Assembly: GCF_037042905.1 (NCBI RefSeq) | Contig: NC_087247.1 | Coordinates: forward strand, 52,452,001-52,516,000 | DNA length: 64,000 nt | Direction: 5' to 3' | Source of the DNA: Lytechinus pictus | Taxonomy: Eukaryota | In this document: in pieces, positions 22,504-38,000 of the stretch | Layout: each line of letters starts with the position of its first letter | How positions within the stretch are numbered: position 1 is the stretch's first letter | The notes under the pieces: model-generated | The model's database searches: none | What the model was told of the DNA's origin: nothing | Seen by the model: the letters and a program-made list of their open reading frames with translations, nothing else | Position numbers and translations under genes: made by a program

Positions 22504-22933
22504 TTAAAGGGGAATCCAGCCTTGGTCATACAATGCTGTGTTGGAAAGAAGAAAAATAGATAAAACAGAATGGTGAAAGTTTTAAAAGAAATCGGACAAG
22601 CAATAAGAAAGTTATGGTTGTTGAGATCCCTAAGACTATAGGTTTCAAAATGGCAACTGGGTAAGTAATTGGGAAAAAATGACATTTTAGCAATTTTTAT
22701 GTATTAGAGTACAAGGAAAAGTAGTCCTTGCTTTACATCACTATGACATCAATATGTGGCCAATTTGAAGTCTCCATGGGTATAGTGATTACAAAAATTT
22801 ACGACTTTTAAAAAAATCATTACTTTCTTATTGTTTATTCAATATTGTTCAAACTTTCTCCTATCAGCTTGTCTGATTTTGCTTTTCCCTCTCAAAACAA
22901 GTTTTTTTTTTGTTGGATTCCATTCCCCTTGAA
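22504..22933. mobile_element. TTAA-type foldback MITE
   Basis: ttaaaggggaatcca ... tggattccattccccttgaa termini. Confidence 0.65.
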
Positions 22934-25203
22934 TAATCACAAACATTAACATGACTCATTAAATTTTCACTCGTTTTCAAACTGAACGACAAAAGAATGA
23001 ATAAGAATCATATTATGTTGCTATTTTTTTTTACTCTACTATCATCTACATTGTCGTAGATTTTTGCTAGAAACGATGAGTGAAATGTCTGATGATCGCG
23101 CATGAGTCCGGTCCGGATTAGGCAGGACACTTCCACGATTGCAGTGTCGCATGCGCCGGACCAATACATTGGGCGAGTTGTGGAGGGGGAGGGGTGCTAA
23201 ATCACTTTGCAGATACTTTGTTACTGGAAATTATTTTTATTTCATTTTAAAGTGGGGAAAATGCAATTTGATGATACTTCCATGTTTAGGGACAAGACGA
23301 ACTATAATGCGATGTCATACTTTTTCTTAGTTTAATAAGATATAATACAAGTCAGATTTTTCCTTCCTTCTTTCTTCCATTTTCCCTGTTTCGTATTTTT
23401 GTTTTCACTACTACATTAAAAATCATATGGGACAGTTGTCCCCCCCCCCATGTGGCGTCACCGTGTGTGAAAATTTTATCGAATGCATTAACCAATGAAA
23501 ATTCTTCCCTTCAATGTAAAAAAGGAAGTAGCGTAAACCAAAGTTTAATTTGTAGGCCTAGACTATATTTTTACGAGTGCGATTATTCTAGAAAAAAAAA
23601 TGTAGGCATGAATAATCCTGTTAAAGAGAAGTGAAAAAAAATATGGCGTTGCATGAATATCATTGAATTTACATGTTTTTTTGTTAATTGGGAAATGTTA
23701 TTTCTATTTTTTTTTTTTTTGGGGGGGGGGGGGCCATAGGATGGTTTTATGATTTTTACTCAGCCCTCATGAAGAACTCAGATTCCAGTGGGTTAATGAC
23801 TAAAAACTGCCATCTATTATATCTTTCTTATCATCAGTGCAACAGGATAAAGTGAGTTTATAAATTCAAGCACCAAACGCATTCAAAACAAAACTACAAT
23901 CATAAAACAATATTTTTATCATATCCCTACAACAGCTGTTATGACAAATATTTTACGAGTATATTTCCATCATGTGATATTCTTGTGCCAGTCAGATATG
24001 GCACTTCTTAAATGATAAACTTAACATGCAACAAAAAACACCTTTTTTCAGCTGATGCTTTGTCATCAATTTTTCAACATCTAAACTGCTTCAAAACCAC
24101 CTTCTTGATTTCTTCAACCATATGACAACAGTTCCCGGATTAAAAAAAAAATCTTTAAAAAGTGTAGTATGATCACCCACCCCCCCCCCCCAAAAAAAAA
24201 AAAAGAGAGAGAAAAAAAATAATGCGAAAGGTGTGGTGACTCAATACTAGAAATAAAAAATAGCAGGAATGAAATATATTTTGAAAATTAGTGTAACCCT
24301 CTCTCACAATGTTATCTAGATGTCAATAAAGTTACAAATAATTTATAAGATACTGTAATGAATACTAGTAATCAATTTTAAGGTGCTTTACACTGAAGTA
24401 CACTTATAATAAAAAAAAACAATGATAAATTCCACAAATGAAATCACTTACCACAACACATCATTGAAACCTTTTTTCTGTAAAATGATGGCATATAGCT
24501 TTTTTTTACTGAAAGTCTACCACAATGCCCTGACATAGGACCCTGACCAACACTGATAATCACAATCGAGTGGTTATAAGAACATTAAATCAAAACTTTT
24601 ATAATTTTGAATGAAAAAAAGTAAGTACAACAGCTTTATAACTTTCCCGATAAAATTTGATCAGGATTCTATGCTCAACCATGTATCACTGTACATTGTT
24701 CTGGAAACAAAACTTTTAAATATTAATACTGCGTGAAAGTGAACAATCTTCTACTGCATTTTGTTAAAGAACGGCACTAGGGGATGCATAGTCATCTCAA
24801 AGGTCAAACACCTCCAATTTCCCATTTGCCCTTGCACTATTTTTTTTGTATACAACTATGATTTTTCATAAACTAACTTTATCAGCAAAACATATTGTAC
24901 TTGCCAATTTCAATCTGCTCAAAGAATCCAATGATTTCATACTTTCAGCATCGCAATATTCATGAAAATAGAGACTAAATATCAGGTGAGAATTATACCC
25001 CTAACATGTAGGTACATTGAAAGCAGCAGGGAAGTCTTAGAAGTATTTTAGGGTGATGAAAACAGTTCAGATTTAAAACCTATAACTGTTTTATTCTAAA
25101 TATATATACATAACACCATTTTCTGAGACGATGTAGTAGTACGAAGCTCCTCCTTTTCAATTTCTCATCTGCTATTCCTCAACTTTTCAGATCTATTCTT
25201 TTG

Positions 25204-25786
25204 TTAAAGGGGTACCCCAGGCTAAACATATTTATATCGAAATAATCAGAGTAAAATTCAGAGCAAAATGCTGAAAAATTTCATCAAAATCTGATAAAAA
25301 ATAGAGAAGTTTTTTAATTTTAAAGTTTAGCAATATATTGTGAAAACAGTTATACGCGCGTCGTCATAAACATTCATTAAGTGGGCTCATGATGTCACAT
25401 CCCCACTTTTCTTGTTATTACATGAAATCATAATTGTTTCATTTTTCATACATGTGTGAATGATACGTCTCCCTTATAATGAAAGAAGTTGCAGCAATGA
25501 ATATCTAATGCACTAAAGCAGATATCATTTCAATATTTTGGTTCTTGAAGCAAAAAATATTGAATAAACCTAATTTCATATAATAAAATAAAAAAAAGAA
25601 CAAGTGGGGATACATCATCGGTTTGCTCATTGAATATTTATGAAGACATGCCTAGAACTGTTTCACCGGAATAATGCAAATCTTTAAAATGCCATAGCTT
25701 TATTATTCCTTGTCCGATTTTCAGTGTTTTGTTTGTCTGATTTTTCTTTATCTGTTCAAATCACACTATTTTCAGCATCTCTTTAA
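25204..25786. mobile_element. TTAA-flanked MITE, same family as 14414-14994
   Basis: ttaaaggggtaccccaggct ... ctctttaa; interior is colinear with the 14414 copy (gatgtcacatccccactttt, tctcccttataatgaaa, ataaacctaatttcatataataaaata). Confidence 0.8.
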
Positions 25787-25876
25787 GTGCAAGTAAGTCA
25801 TTTCCTGTCACATGAAATCATCAGAGAGACAAATTCCTAAGTTTGATAACTTCAATTGCCTGACATATGTGACCAG

Positions 25877-26007
25877 GGCCCCGTAACACAAAGATTAGTG
25901 ATTAATCGTACACTTGATTTCTACGATTAATTGTACATTGTAGTCAATGCAATCAATCATGTAGAAAAATGTTCTACGATCATTGCTAAGCTTTGTGTTA
26001 CGGGCCC
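25877..26007. mobile_element. ~130-bp MITE (PIF/Harbinger-like)
   Basis: ggccccgtaacacaaag ... ctttgtgttacgggccc TIRs flanked by cag on both sides; related copy at ~61202-61325. Confidence 0.65.
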
Positions 26008-26819
26008 CAGACCTTGAATGCATGCATTTTATCTGAATTCCAAAGGAAATAACAAAGCACACACTATGTATCCATTCAAATAGTTTTGAAAATATTTTAT
26101 TTTGTGATCATTATAATAGCAACATTCTTTTTTAATATTCTCGAGACTTCGAGTTAATCATTACTTTTAAATACATTCATAAAATATTAGTGTCAATGAT
26201 ATAGATAAAACTTGTTTCAGGTCTTAGGAAGAGGGCTGGTGGTGTGGGAGCCCCCCCCCCCCCCCCACACACACTTTGTCTTTCATTAAACATGTACTAT
26301 AAAGAAATATGATTGTGTTTTGTTGCATGGTTGACGCCCCCCTCACCTTCAGAACTGTTCTGCAGACCCTGTAAGAGTACGTATTAAAGGCCACACACAC
26401 AAAGGTATCATGTTTATTGGAATAAAAAGTGAAATTGAATATGTGAACAAGAATGTAAAATGTTCATTAAATCCGGATGACAAATAACAAAGTTGCATCA
26501 AGTTTGCATTAATTCATGACTAGAGATCTGACAAGGTAATAACACTTAATCTCATATTTCAATATCTGAAATCACAATTATTCCATTTTTTGCGGCTCCG
26601 GATCCACAACGTCCATTATTACACATTTAATCCATTATTTCGATAGAGTAAAACCTTGTATTATCCTTCCACATGTTTTCTTGCCGGTATGCAATATTTT
26701 CAGCATATTTCCTGTCCTATGTATTTATGTTACCCATATCAATGGAGAAAAAAAAGAGAGTAATATTGTAACAATATTCAACTTATCGGATATAGAAATG
26801 ATTATGCTCCAATATTTCC

Positions 26820-27180
26820 TTTAATCATGTGACCTGAAACTCTTGCAAAATAATCAGTGATACATGATTACTCTTATGTCAAGTTTAATATATAGTTTTA
26901 ACTATATCCATATATAAGTTATGGTGATATGTCAAAATCTTAAACTTGTTTTATGAGTTCCAATATGGTAAAATTTCATTGACCCTAAAGGACCTTTGAC
27001 CTTGGTCATATGACCTGAAACTCATAAGATGATCAGTGACACTTGATTTCCCTTATGTCCAAGTTTCATGAAATATGTCTTTATACTCTCTAAGTTATGA
27101 GGATATTTCAAATGTTGATGACATCATCAGAAAAGCGGTGGCAATAGTCTTGCTATGCTATGTAGGCGAAACATAAAAGG
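26820..27180 (-). mobile_element. HINE/Helentron-like fragment
   Basis: Repeated tcatgtgacctgaaactc / gacctttgaccttggtca core and terminal hairpin-like gtcttgctatgctatgtaggcgaaacataaaa. Confidence 0.5.
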
Positions 27181-29060
27181 GTATAAGAGCTTCAATATAT
27201 ATAGTACTCATAAATAGAAACAAATATTGAAACAAGAACTGGTATGAAACTATTGCTGGTATTTGGAATGTATTTCACATGATTATCAGTTACTAAAAAA
27301 AAAAAAAAAAAGCATAACAATAATTTTAAAACTTATCCAAAGTTTACCTAACATTAACCCTGCTTTAAATCTGCATTGTGGGACACCCTGTGGGACAACA
27401 ATGATAATTCATGCATAGTAAGTTTTATTCAAATCTGTCGGAGACAGATTTGACATTAAGTATTACCACAGAAAAAAACTAACTTTTGCTTAACATAACT
27501 TCAGAATTTGCTGCATTTAAATTGTTATGACGGCTAGAGAGAATGAAACTATCAACCATGCCCAAAAGAATTGAGAAGTATGTCCCCCCTGGCAGATAAC
27601 ATGACAATAAACAGTTTTCAAATGATCATCACATTTGGGGTCTGAACAGCAAATACTTTTGATACAAAATACAGTTAAAGCCAATTATCAATATCTTGTA
27701 TTACTAAATAATAAAAATTTGACTTAGACATTTCAAGTGAAGCACTCAAGGTAGTATATTTAGTTATAATACAAACAAAAGTCACACTAAAGAGTGTTTT
27801 TTTTTAATGTATGATTTCATATTGTATTACTTTAAATTCTTGATACTTATAAATAATAAAATGTCATACAAGTAACTGTTCAAGAATGAAAATTGTATAC
27901 ATGTAAGCTAAAGCAAAAAAAAAATGTAAATAGCTAGCACAAAATATTTTTGGCTTAGTACTCTGAAAAAAGAAGAAGATGAATTATGCAAATCATTATT
28001 TGACATTAAGTATTACCACAATAATTATTACCTGTACAAGACATGTGACCAGGTTTATTTTTTATAATATTACGTTGAAAGAAAAGCTCATATTCAATCA
28101 GACAAATGGGTCAATACTACCCATTCTCTAATAAACTATAACTAAACAGACAAAGAACCAAAACTATTAATGTGGGGTCTATCTTTGTAGCATTCTGATA
28201 AAAAATGATTTTAAAAGTGTAATAAAAATAGTCAATGCATTCTTTTTAGTTTCTCATATATTTCTTTTTTTATTCTTGTCTTTTGCATTTTTATAGCATT
28301 TGTTGGTGACACTATCCCCAGCATAAAACTAATTGAACTACCTAATCAAAAGTAAGAATTATCATAGATTTAGGAAAAATTGGCTGGAACACAAATTCTA
28401 CTGGATTTGTACACAAAATATTTTAAAACAATCGTTGATCTGACATGAAAGTACACAAATATTGCGTAACCAAATATTAGGTATGTTAGAAAATAGTTAA
28501 GAAGAAACCCCATGTAGATGGCATTGCTTCTTGTGGACATAATTCATTGTATGATAGATAACAAGGATGAAAATTTGACTATTTTCACCCATGCTACATT
28601 GTACAGGGCCATGAATTAAACCAGTTTTACCTTCCTTTGATGTAATGAAGTATATTCTACTGGAAGTCTATGGATAATGACCCCCCATCTTGTATTTACA
28701 TACATTCCTTGTGAGACTTTGAATACAAGGGGCCAACACCAAATAAAAATAGTACCCTATTCACTACTCAACAATGAGTGACCACAGAATACCAAACACC
28801 AATTTTGAATTAAGAGGACGGATATAAAGATAGATTTGAATCCATCCTTAAATGGTTGGTTAATTTCAAGGTGAGTGCTGAAAACTAGTATTGAGACAAT
28901 ACAAGGACCGGCCAAAAAGGAAATAGACTTTGATGATGATGAACAAACCGACATTCATAGTTCAGCAAATACATAGGATCAGCGACTTGATTAATGCTTC
29001 CACCAACTTGGAATCACTTCATTGCTTTGCTGGAGGCAGAAAATCAAGGCAACGTAGGTG

Positions 29061-32000
29061 CTATGATGAATTTTCATAGATCTCAAATTTGTACTGAATA
29101 CCTTTTTCTTCTTGAATTTCTTGGCTGACAGCAGGGTCTCTAAAATAATTGAAATAAAATAAACAAAAGAATATGTATTTTATTTGCCTTTCCCACTTTC
29201 TTTTAAGACAAGGCATAGGTTCTGGATATGAAATTGACTGATGAGGCATCTTTCTTAAAGCAATTGGATAGATCAAGATTTAGCAATCACTGATATGATC
29301 AGAAATATGTCAAATCGCTTGCAACTCACACAAAAATGCATGTACGGGACTGCACAAACATTCAGAGGGAACATTCCAGCTGTTTATTTAATCATATTCT
29401 TAATGTTAGGGCATCTGAGAAGAAAGTATTTACTGTGGACCCTTTTACTGCATTGTGAACTATTTCTAAATAACGATAAGTGAAATTAAAAAACAATTAA
29501 CTGCAACACCCGTCCTGTATACAAGTGAGTGAGCTAGTGCCTGATACACTATTTTGTTTGTATGTCGTTACATGAATTATGGATGGGTCTGATCAAGTAC
29601 TTTTAAACAAAACATAAATCATTATTTAAGTTTGGTCTGAAATGACCATCAAGTTCAATAAAATGATCTCAAATTCTATTTATGTGATTGATACCCCTAA
29701 TACATTTATACTCACTTCATTTAATGTGAAAATGAAAAAGGATCAATACTTTTGAAAATGGAGTATAGATTCCAGTTTTTCAATATAAAGATTTAAGGTC
29801 ATTGACCTAAATCGACCCTCTGACCCTGACTTGACATTACATTCACCCCCCCCCTCGGTCCTTCTCTCTGTCAACCACTTTATTTCTATTCACCTTGTTT
29901 ATTTTGTTGTATATCTCATCTCATTATTAATTATTAATGGACTCCTATTACTTTAATAGGTCATCTAATCTGTTAGATAAGAGTTTGTTTTACCCACAGT
30001 AAACAGATACCAATCCTCTACATCTACTATGCTTGGGAGCTGATTAAGGAAACATCAGATGTCTAGAAATGTCATATAAGGTCTATGTCTTAACATGACC
30101 CCCTCGGAGGCAATTATATGGTTCTTCTCAATAGAGGGAGTCTGTATGTTTTGGCCTTTTGCCACACTGATGTAGAGGCATATCAAAATCATGTACATAC
30201 TTTTTTTTTCTTAACAGCAACTGGATTTGAAATAATAGACACGGCCAGAAAATATCATCAAATTAGATGAAAACCTGTGATGAGCAGTATGAAATGAGGA
30301 ACTGATGATATAACCCACAATACCCACCTGTTATTTCATTTGTATACAATCAAATGAAATATGACATACTGAAATATTTTCCAAATAATGCAAAACATTT
30401 AACTCTTCCATGACATGTGCAGTCGCCTTGTAATATATTTTCATTTACCAAAGAACATGCCTATTTTCAAAGCTAAATATGTGACATCATTGTCTCTCTC
30501 ATTTACATATCAGCGGAACTTGGATGTCTAACTTTGTCATTGATTTTACAAGGATTTTGATTTTATTGTAAATGTTGTGATTGTTCGATTCTATTTATTT
30601 CTTAATTCAAATCACCATCTCATAGGAGTGGACTTGATCATCAAGTATCATATTACTATTTTTGATAAAGGTAATTATGTGTAGATATTGTCACTTCATG
30701 AATCAAATGATTGGATTATTTATAAACAGTTAAATCACCATCACAATGGGGGAGACTTTGCAAATGGGCTTTAAAGAAAAAATCAATTCACATTATTAAA
30801 CACATCTTTTTTAACTAGAAAAAAAAACGGCAAAGTATATCGCAAAGAAAAGGGAACTAATCAATTTGGAATTTGTAAAACTTTAATTAACAGAATTATC
30901 ACCGAGCAGGGCATTCATTCACCCAATCACCTTGTAGTTATGTACATTAAATTCACACAATTTTAATCGTCTTAAAAAAAAAACCATATTATTCAAAGCA
31001 GAGATTAAGAAACACCTTTTAAAAATATATAACGATGCAAAGCAGGTCCTTAGTTTTGGTTCAAATATCATTTTGGTATCAAATTCACCGAACTAAGATT
31101 GAATTTGACAGAAAGATATAATCACGTTTTTCAAAATTTTGCAACTCGGCATTAACGGTGGTACTCTTTCTCGTACCATACCTACCAGTATTCAAATCAA
31201 GACTACAAAACCTAAAAGAGCCTTGTATAAGTACTAGTTTTCGTTCCTACTTTTTTTAATACAAGAAAAAAGAAAATAAAGGAAAGGTCATAAAGACGAG
31301 CAACTTACACAACTAATTTGAATTTTTCAAGGTCAAATTCTGGGAAGAATGTGTCACACTCTATCTCCTTCAAGACTCGTGTTAGATAAATCCGATGACA
31401 GCAAGAAGACTCAATGCCAGCCTAGTGAAAACAGTGAATACAGAAATGTAGAGTTAACATCGTTTATATATCTTCTCATCCTATCCCAGTTTGGAGGTCT
31501 ATATACATGAAACACCATCTTTCACTATTCTGACACACTTTTGCAATTTAATTTCTATCCACTTCTCTTTCATATATCATTCTTCTTCTGCCATTGATGG
31601 CAACTTCATATACTGTGAGACCTCATTTATTTGGATCCCTGGATGAAATGGCAGTACATCCAACCCTTTTACGATCATCATCTAATACATCTTAATAAAA
31701 GCCTTAAGTTTAAATTCCATTTATCATGAGACAATATTGATATTTTCATACAAATATCTTTTGAATTTTCAATGAAATGGCATCCAATCATATCACTTAT
31801 TCAGATGGGCATTGGTCCTGACACAGCCAACCAAATAGGGCAATATAAATTAGGGCCCTAGATCTATCCTCACTGTTCCATAGAAGTTAACAGAATGATT
31901 TATAACGCAGAGTGATATCACAGGACGTTCGTAATAGGTTATTTATTTATTGATTTTTAATACAAAGTCAGGGACTGTCTTCAGTAATGCCAACTTTTGC

Positions 32001-35000
32001 ATTAGTAGGGACGATCGACATCTCACGTTAATAATGCCTATCACATGTCTCGATCAAAATGTATTACTTCAACCTTTGCAGTCAGAACCAGGGCTGCTCT
32101 AGGGCTCCAGGAAACTAAGTGGTTCAAGATGTTCTGCAATGCAATGTAAGCCTTATTTTTAAATGTTAGGACAGCAGTGATCACTACAAACTACTTCATC
32201 AGAAAACTGCATAACATTTTTTATTTTTACTCCCTTATCAATCTAAAAAAATAATGTAACTTTGGGAGCATAAGGATATTGATTGTAAGGTTGGGAGTTT
32301 GGAGCCTCACAATGAAATAAAGAAGGTTGACATCTCTGTATACAAGCTTGCCCCTTGTGTGACAGCAAGCATCTGACTTTAAACTAATCCATCATTCTCA
32401 ATACAACTACACTGCGCACATTACTGATTAAAGCTATCATTACTACTTAGTTACATCATACATGCTGGTGTACCAGGTTAAACTATTTTTTTATATTTCT
32501 TATCTTGTATTGTTTATAGTGAAATATATTGTTTTTTGTAATTTTCTTTGCCGAATAAATAATAATAATAATAACTATAGCTTAAGCCAATTATTCAACC
32601 ATGGGTACCCAAATGAGACACAAACTGACAATGTTTGATTCATTATCATTTTCTTGTTTTATAGCAATTAAAAAAGTGATAACTAAGCTCAAAATAAAAG
32701 TGGTTTTAAGAGGAAATATCATAAAAGCAGATAGGTGAAAGTTGGATCAAAGTAAAGGAAAAAATATTAATTTTTGAATAAGTGTCAGTGAAAATATCAA
32801 ACTGCTTCATGATATACTCCAAAAAGCCAAGCAGATATAGAGAACTTTTATAGAAAGAGATGTCAATACTTGGGCTCACAATGGTTAAACCACTGATTTA
32901 AAATATGATTAATTTGTATAACTTGGTCAATGATGGCATTTATGAGAAAATTCCATCAAAGCATTTTATACCTTGTAAACTGCACTACCACCAATTATCC
33001 AGAGCATATCAACTGTCTGTGAATGAGGAGGAGATGACAATAACTTCACAGCTTCGCTGACTGAAGAACATAGATGATCTGCACCAGATGGACATTCCCT
33101 TAAAAAAAAAAGATTACAATAAAAAAACATATCACCTGAGAGGTCACAAAGTAATTTGCCTTGTTTATTCTACAGTGCACTACATTGATGAGATAGACAA
33201 TTCAAAGGTGAACAGAATTTCGATGATGGAAATATTGTTTGTCTGTTCTATGAAGGAAATCTGAATAATGTAATAATTTATGCTCAAATAAAAAAAATGA
33301 CATATTATTTAAAGAATAGTTACTTTTATATAGCCTATATTATCATATAGTGCTTTTTACACTTTTTTTTAAAGTGCTAAGGTCAGTATTATACAGATAT
33401 TGCCTACCTAGAGTTTGAATATAACATTTCCTCTCCCCGATGGAGTTATATTTTTCCCAAGGGATTATATTTTGCCTGAAGCGCACAGCGCTGAGGGAAA
33501 ATATTCCCCGATGGAAAAATATATCTTCCGAGGGGAGTTGAAATGTTTTTATTAAAACGATAATATATAGACCAGGCAATATCTGTTATGTTATATAGTC
33601 TATGTGGATTCGTCATCAGAGATTGCATTCATCATCTGGCTCCAACCCGAAATTCTTGCTACAGCTCTGATCCATCTACGTCATAATAGATTTTTTTTCA
33701 AAATACATCAAGCGCGTTCTTCATGCAATCGACGCATTAACACTAGCCCGTACATCAAATAAACTACCTTGTTACGCAACTTGTAAGCAGCGAGTGACGT
33801 CACCTTAGTGAATATAACGCCGCAATTGACAATACAACGCAGTTATATTCACTGAGGTGACGTCAAAACCTAGAATATAACAAATGCAATCCTCGCAGCT
33901 ATGGTCACGTGATGGCTTATTGACCTATCACTGATTCGAATCTACATAACTTATATAATATACAAGTATATTCATTAAAAAGAAAAAAGAAAATGAATGA
34001 GGATAAAGCATTTGCTTACGTGAGAGTATTACTGAGTACAACATTGATTCTATCCTGCAATGGTCTAAACTTTTCAGGTATTGAGAACCATGTTTTCCTT
34101 CCCATAATAACAGCATTCTTCATTCCTTCTAGCTGAGGGGTGTTAGTTAACCTTTCAAAGTAAGCCATCTCCTGCCTGTAAAAGGGATTAACAAGCATGC
34201 ATGCCAAATAAATTATACATTCTGCATGATACTGCCCTGAATTTGTGAAAATTCAATCAGAGGTGCAATGCAAAAAAAAAAAACAAAAAAAAAAACAAGC
34301 AAATTGGTGAGTCATAGGGGAAGGCGAGGTAAGTTGAGCATAGGGGCAAGTTGAGCCACCACCCCCAGACCAATAATGAATGAGTCAGACATTATGGTGG
34401 TGTCATGTATTGATGACCCATTACATAACCCTTATTCCCACCACATTGTTTTCAACTTTGAAACAAAAATGACTTTTTTAGAGGGAAAAATACAAATTTT
34501 AGCCAAAAAAGTGAAAAAGGGTGTGAAATAGGTCAGTGCTTTTTACCCACACACATCTTTAAATATAAACACGATCAATATTGTTATCCTAGATATGGAT
34601 TATCATTCTTGTCATAGTCTTTTACGTGATGGATGCATAAAAATGTGTGGACGTGAAAATATTGCATTAAGCTCGGACTAAGGTAATTAGAGCCAGTCAA
34701 CATGGTTCAAGTTGAGCCATAGTAATTCTTATGGTAATCTATAATACAAAAAAAACAAACAAACCTTAAAAAGCAATTGATATGCAGGCAGAAAGGAGCA
34801 AATTCATATGACAGTTCTTTTACTTTTATAAGATGTTAGTATTTATAGAGAATTAGCAAGTGAAGACTTTAAATGAAAAATTGACATGCACATGCTGGTT
34901 CTTCCCGCATACATTTTGTACATAGTTTTTGTGGCTCAACTTACCCCACGGATGGGGCAAGTTCCAGTGACTATATGAAAAATCAAAAGGATTTTAAAGA

Positions 35001-38000
35001 CTGCTTTCCTTCAGGGGCAACCAGTGAAGAGTTTTCAATATAGGGGTGATGTGGCTGCGCTTGCTAAAACGTGCAGCTGCATTTTGCAACCTTTGCAATT
35101 TCCTAAGTTGAGAATCTCGCAAGTTGTAAAGGAGGCTATTACCAAAATCAAATCGTGAAGAAATGAGTGAATATACTAGTTTCTCTGTTGCTGAGCGAGT
35201 GAGATATTTTCTTATGAAGCCAATATTGCACAATTGATAACAAACCAATCGGCAAATGCTTGTAATCTGGTTGGACATGGACATGTGAGAATAAAAATAA
35301 CTCCAAGATTGCGACATGATTTTGACAAGGGGATGTTATTGCCTGAGATAGAAATGGAATCAATGTTGAATTTGTTAAGTTGAAACTTTGAGCCAAAAAC
35401 TAACAACTCCATTTACTATGGTTCAAAAGTAACGAGTTTGAATTCAACCAAGTGTCAATGTCCATTATGCATCTTTCAAGATTACACAGGGCTTGTGTGG
35501 CACTAGTTTGATTGGGTAAAATGATACAAAAATATGAATAGCATCTGCATATAAATGATAGTTAATAGAGTGACGTTTAAAAATATCTCGAAGCCCTGTC
35601 AAATAAATGGAAAACAAAGTGGGTACTCCAACAGAGCCCTGGCCTGGGGGACACTGCAGACCAATGGCCTAGATGAAGAGGTACAGTGTAACACCATTTA
35701 GGAGGACTGACCTAATATTAACCAAGACACGTGACAACTAGCCTCATGGGAGTTACGGGGCCTAAGCGGCTTATTCCTGACCTTGAAAGGCCATATTTTG
35801 ACATTTAATATCACTTTTTGGAAACCTTTGGAACTGGGAGTTGGTATGTTTGCTTTGATTTTGTATTCTCTTTCATGTCATTGTACAGTGTCACAAGCAA
35901 TTCTTTTTTTTATTTTTGCACTAAAGCCAAATTCTAAAATTTGTTTATTTAACATAGAAAATGTTAACAGGAAAAATTCTGAAAGTTGTGTTTAAATAAA
36001 GAAAATCTAAATTTAAAAGGTAATGATAAATTACTCATTTTGGCCTTGTGATGGCAATATTATCGATTGAGTTGTGTAATAAAAACATATGTATTTAATT
36101 ACTTTAAATAGGAAGGGCTATAATGTATTCAGCTCTTGCAGGTTCTTTTGTTGTAGGTTCCAGGTTCTAGTAGCAGGTGGAATAAACACATAGCATTCCA
36201 AGACCCACCCGAGGTCTATTGATTGTACAGTGCACCTAATTGCTGTGCACAGAGAGTAGGATCACTTTCATTTTGTTACTCTTTGAGAGAGGTTGTGTTC
36301 TGAGGAGCAAGGAAGAAATGACCCTCAGTTTTAATTAATTGTGGAGTTTTCCTACCCACAATGGTGGTGAGTCTATTTTGTATTTTATCAGTATATTTCA
36401 GCTTCAAAAAGAGAAATATTAGATTCTTCAATCTAAACGGTTATTTTGGTCTGAATTTCTAATCCAGATTTTGTTGCAATAATTATATCAATCAGAAGCC
36501 TGTTTTCGGTAACTTTGATAGGCATAATTTTACGCTGTGAGTTTTTAACAATTTCCGGCTTTAAGTAATTTTCAGGAGTGAATTTATGTCAATTTCCTAG
36601 GATTGATATATTTATGTTGATGAATTAATACTATCTAGATATTCTGTCGTTGCTTATTAAATAATAAGAAAGACATGTATTTATCAAATGATTTATAATA
36701 GTAATCATTGAGATGTTAAAAATTAGGATTTGCCATTTCAGATAATGGAAATTTGTTCAATTTTCAAGGGTCCTATGGTCAGGGAGCTGTCACCCATGGA
36801 CAGCCATTTTATTCTGGGGCTACATCCTTAGAAGCCTTCAGTTTTCGTCAGCCCTGAACCAAGCTGTCATATCCCAAGTATTCAACCCGGATTTCTGCTT
36901 AGTTTCTTCTCGACGTCATGCGACAGGTCGAAAGCACCTAGACTTCGGTGACGCCATTCTTCGACAGACTTTGTGGATCTACGATAACCTTCGACATACG
37001 TCATCGGTTTTCAAGGTCATCGGATAACCGCTACTTCAGTCAACTTATCGCCATTTTTTCATCGACATCATATGGACTGCATCCATGATTAATCAGGGAA
37101 GTCCTTTAATTTAATAAACCCTTAATATTGTCCGGACAAATTATTATTTCTCCCAGCCATTACTGATAATATTTTTGTTTATATATTCCAAATTAAGCCT
37201 GAGTCATATCGATTATTTTGAAAACCGGTGTTCGACAGCTTTAATTCGATTGAACATCGATGCATCGAATTTTGAAGGTGGGGAAATCGAGTCATTTTTT
37301 TTTGCTCCGGCCGTCGATGCGCTATGCATGCACTGCATGCACTGACGGTATGCGCTGGCCGGGTGAGCGTTGCACAAGCAGATGACGGAGCAAATTTCGT
37401 TTGTATTTTCCATCATCACAAAACACAAAAAAGGCCGGGGACCAGTGCAGAATTCTTCACAAAATTTCTCCAACAATGACATTTGCAGATGACAACATAA
37501 GTTTAAAATGAAACAATATTAAAGACATGAATCACGCAGAGTCGATCCGAATGATTTTCGGTCAATATAGCACTCGCAGTCCAGACTCGCACACACCAGC
37601 CCCGTCCGCAGTCCCGTACACTCTCTCCTGAAACGACAGGCGTGCTTACCAGCGCCAGCAAATAAGTTCGACCAACAGAGAGCGCTGTAACTTGCCTGAG
37701 ATTGTGTAGTTGGCGGGGTAGTTGGATCCAAAATGAGCTCCAAATAAATTGATGGGAATAAATACGTAATTTTCTCTGGATGGTCATTTGAATTGGTATT
37801 CAATGCTGATATAACGATTGTGAGGAAATATTGTGGAATATGAGTTATGACGATGTTCGAGAATTAATCCTGATAATCCATTCTTTATTTTAGAGTCAGA
37901 CACAAGAGCATGCGATCGAAATAAATACGAATGTCTCGGATCGAGCTCTAAATTCATATAAATTATTATTGGATGTTAAATAATTACGATTTAATAAGAT

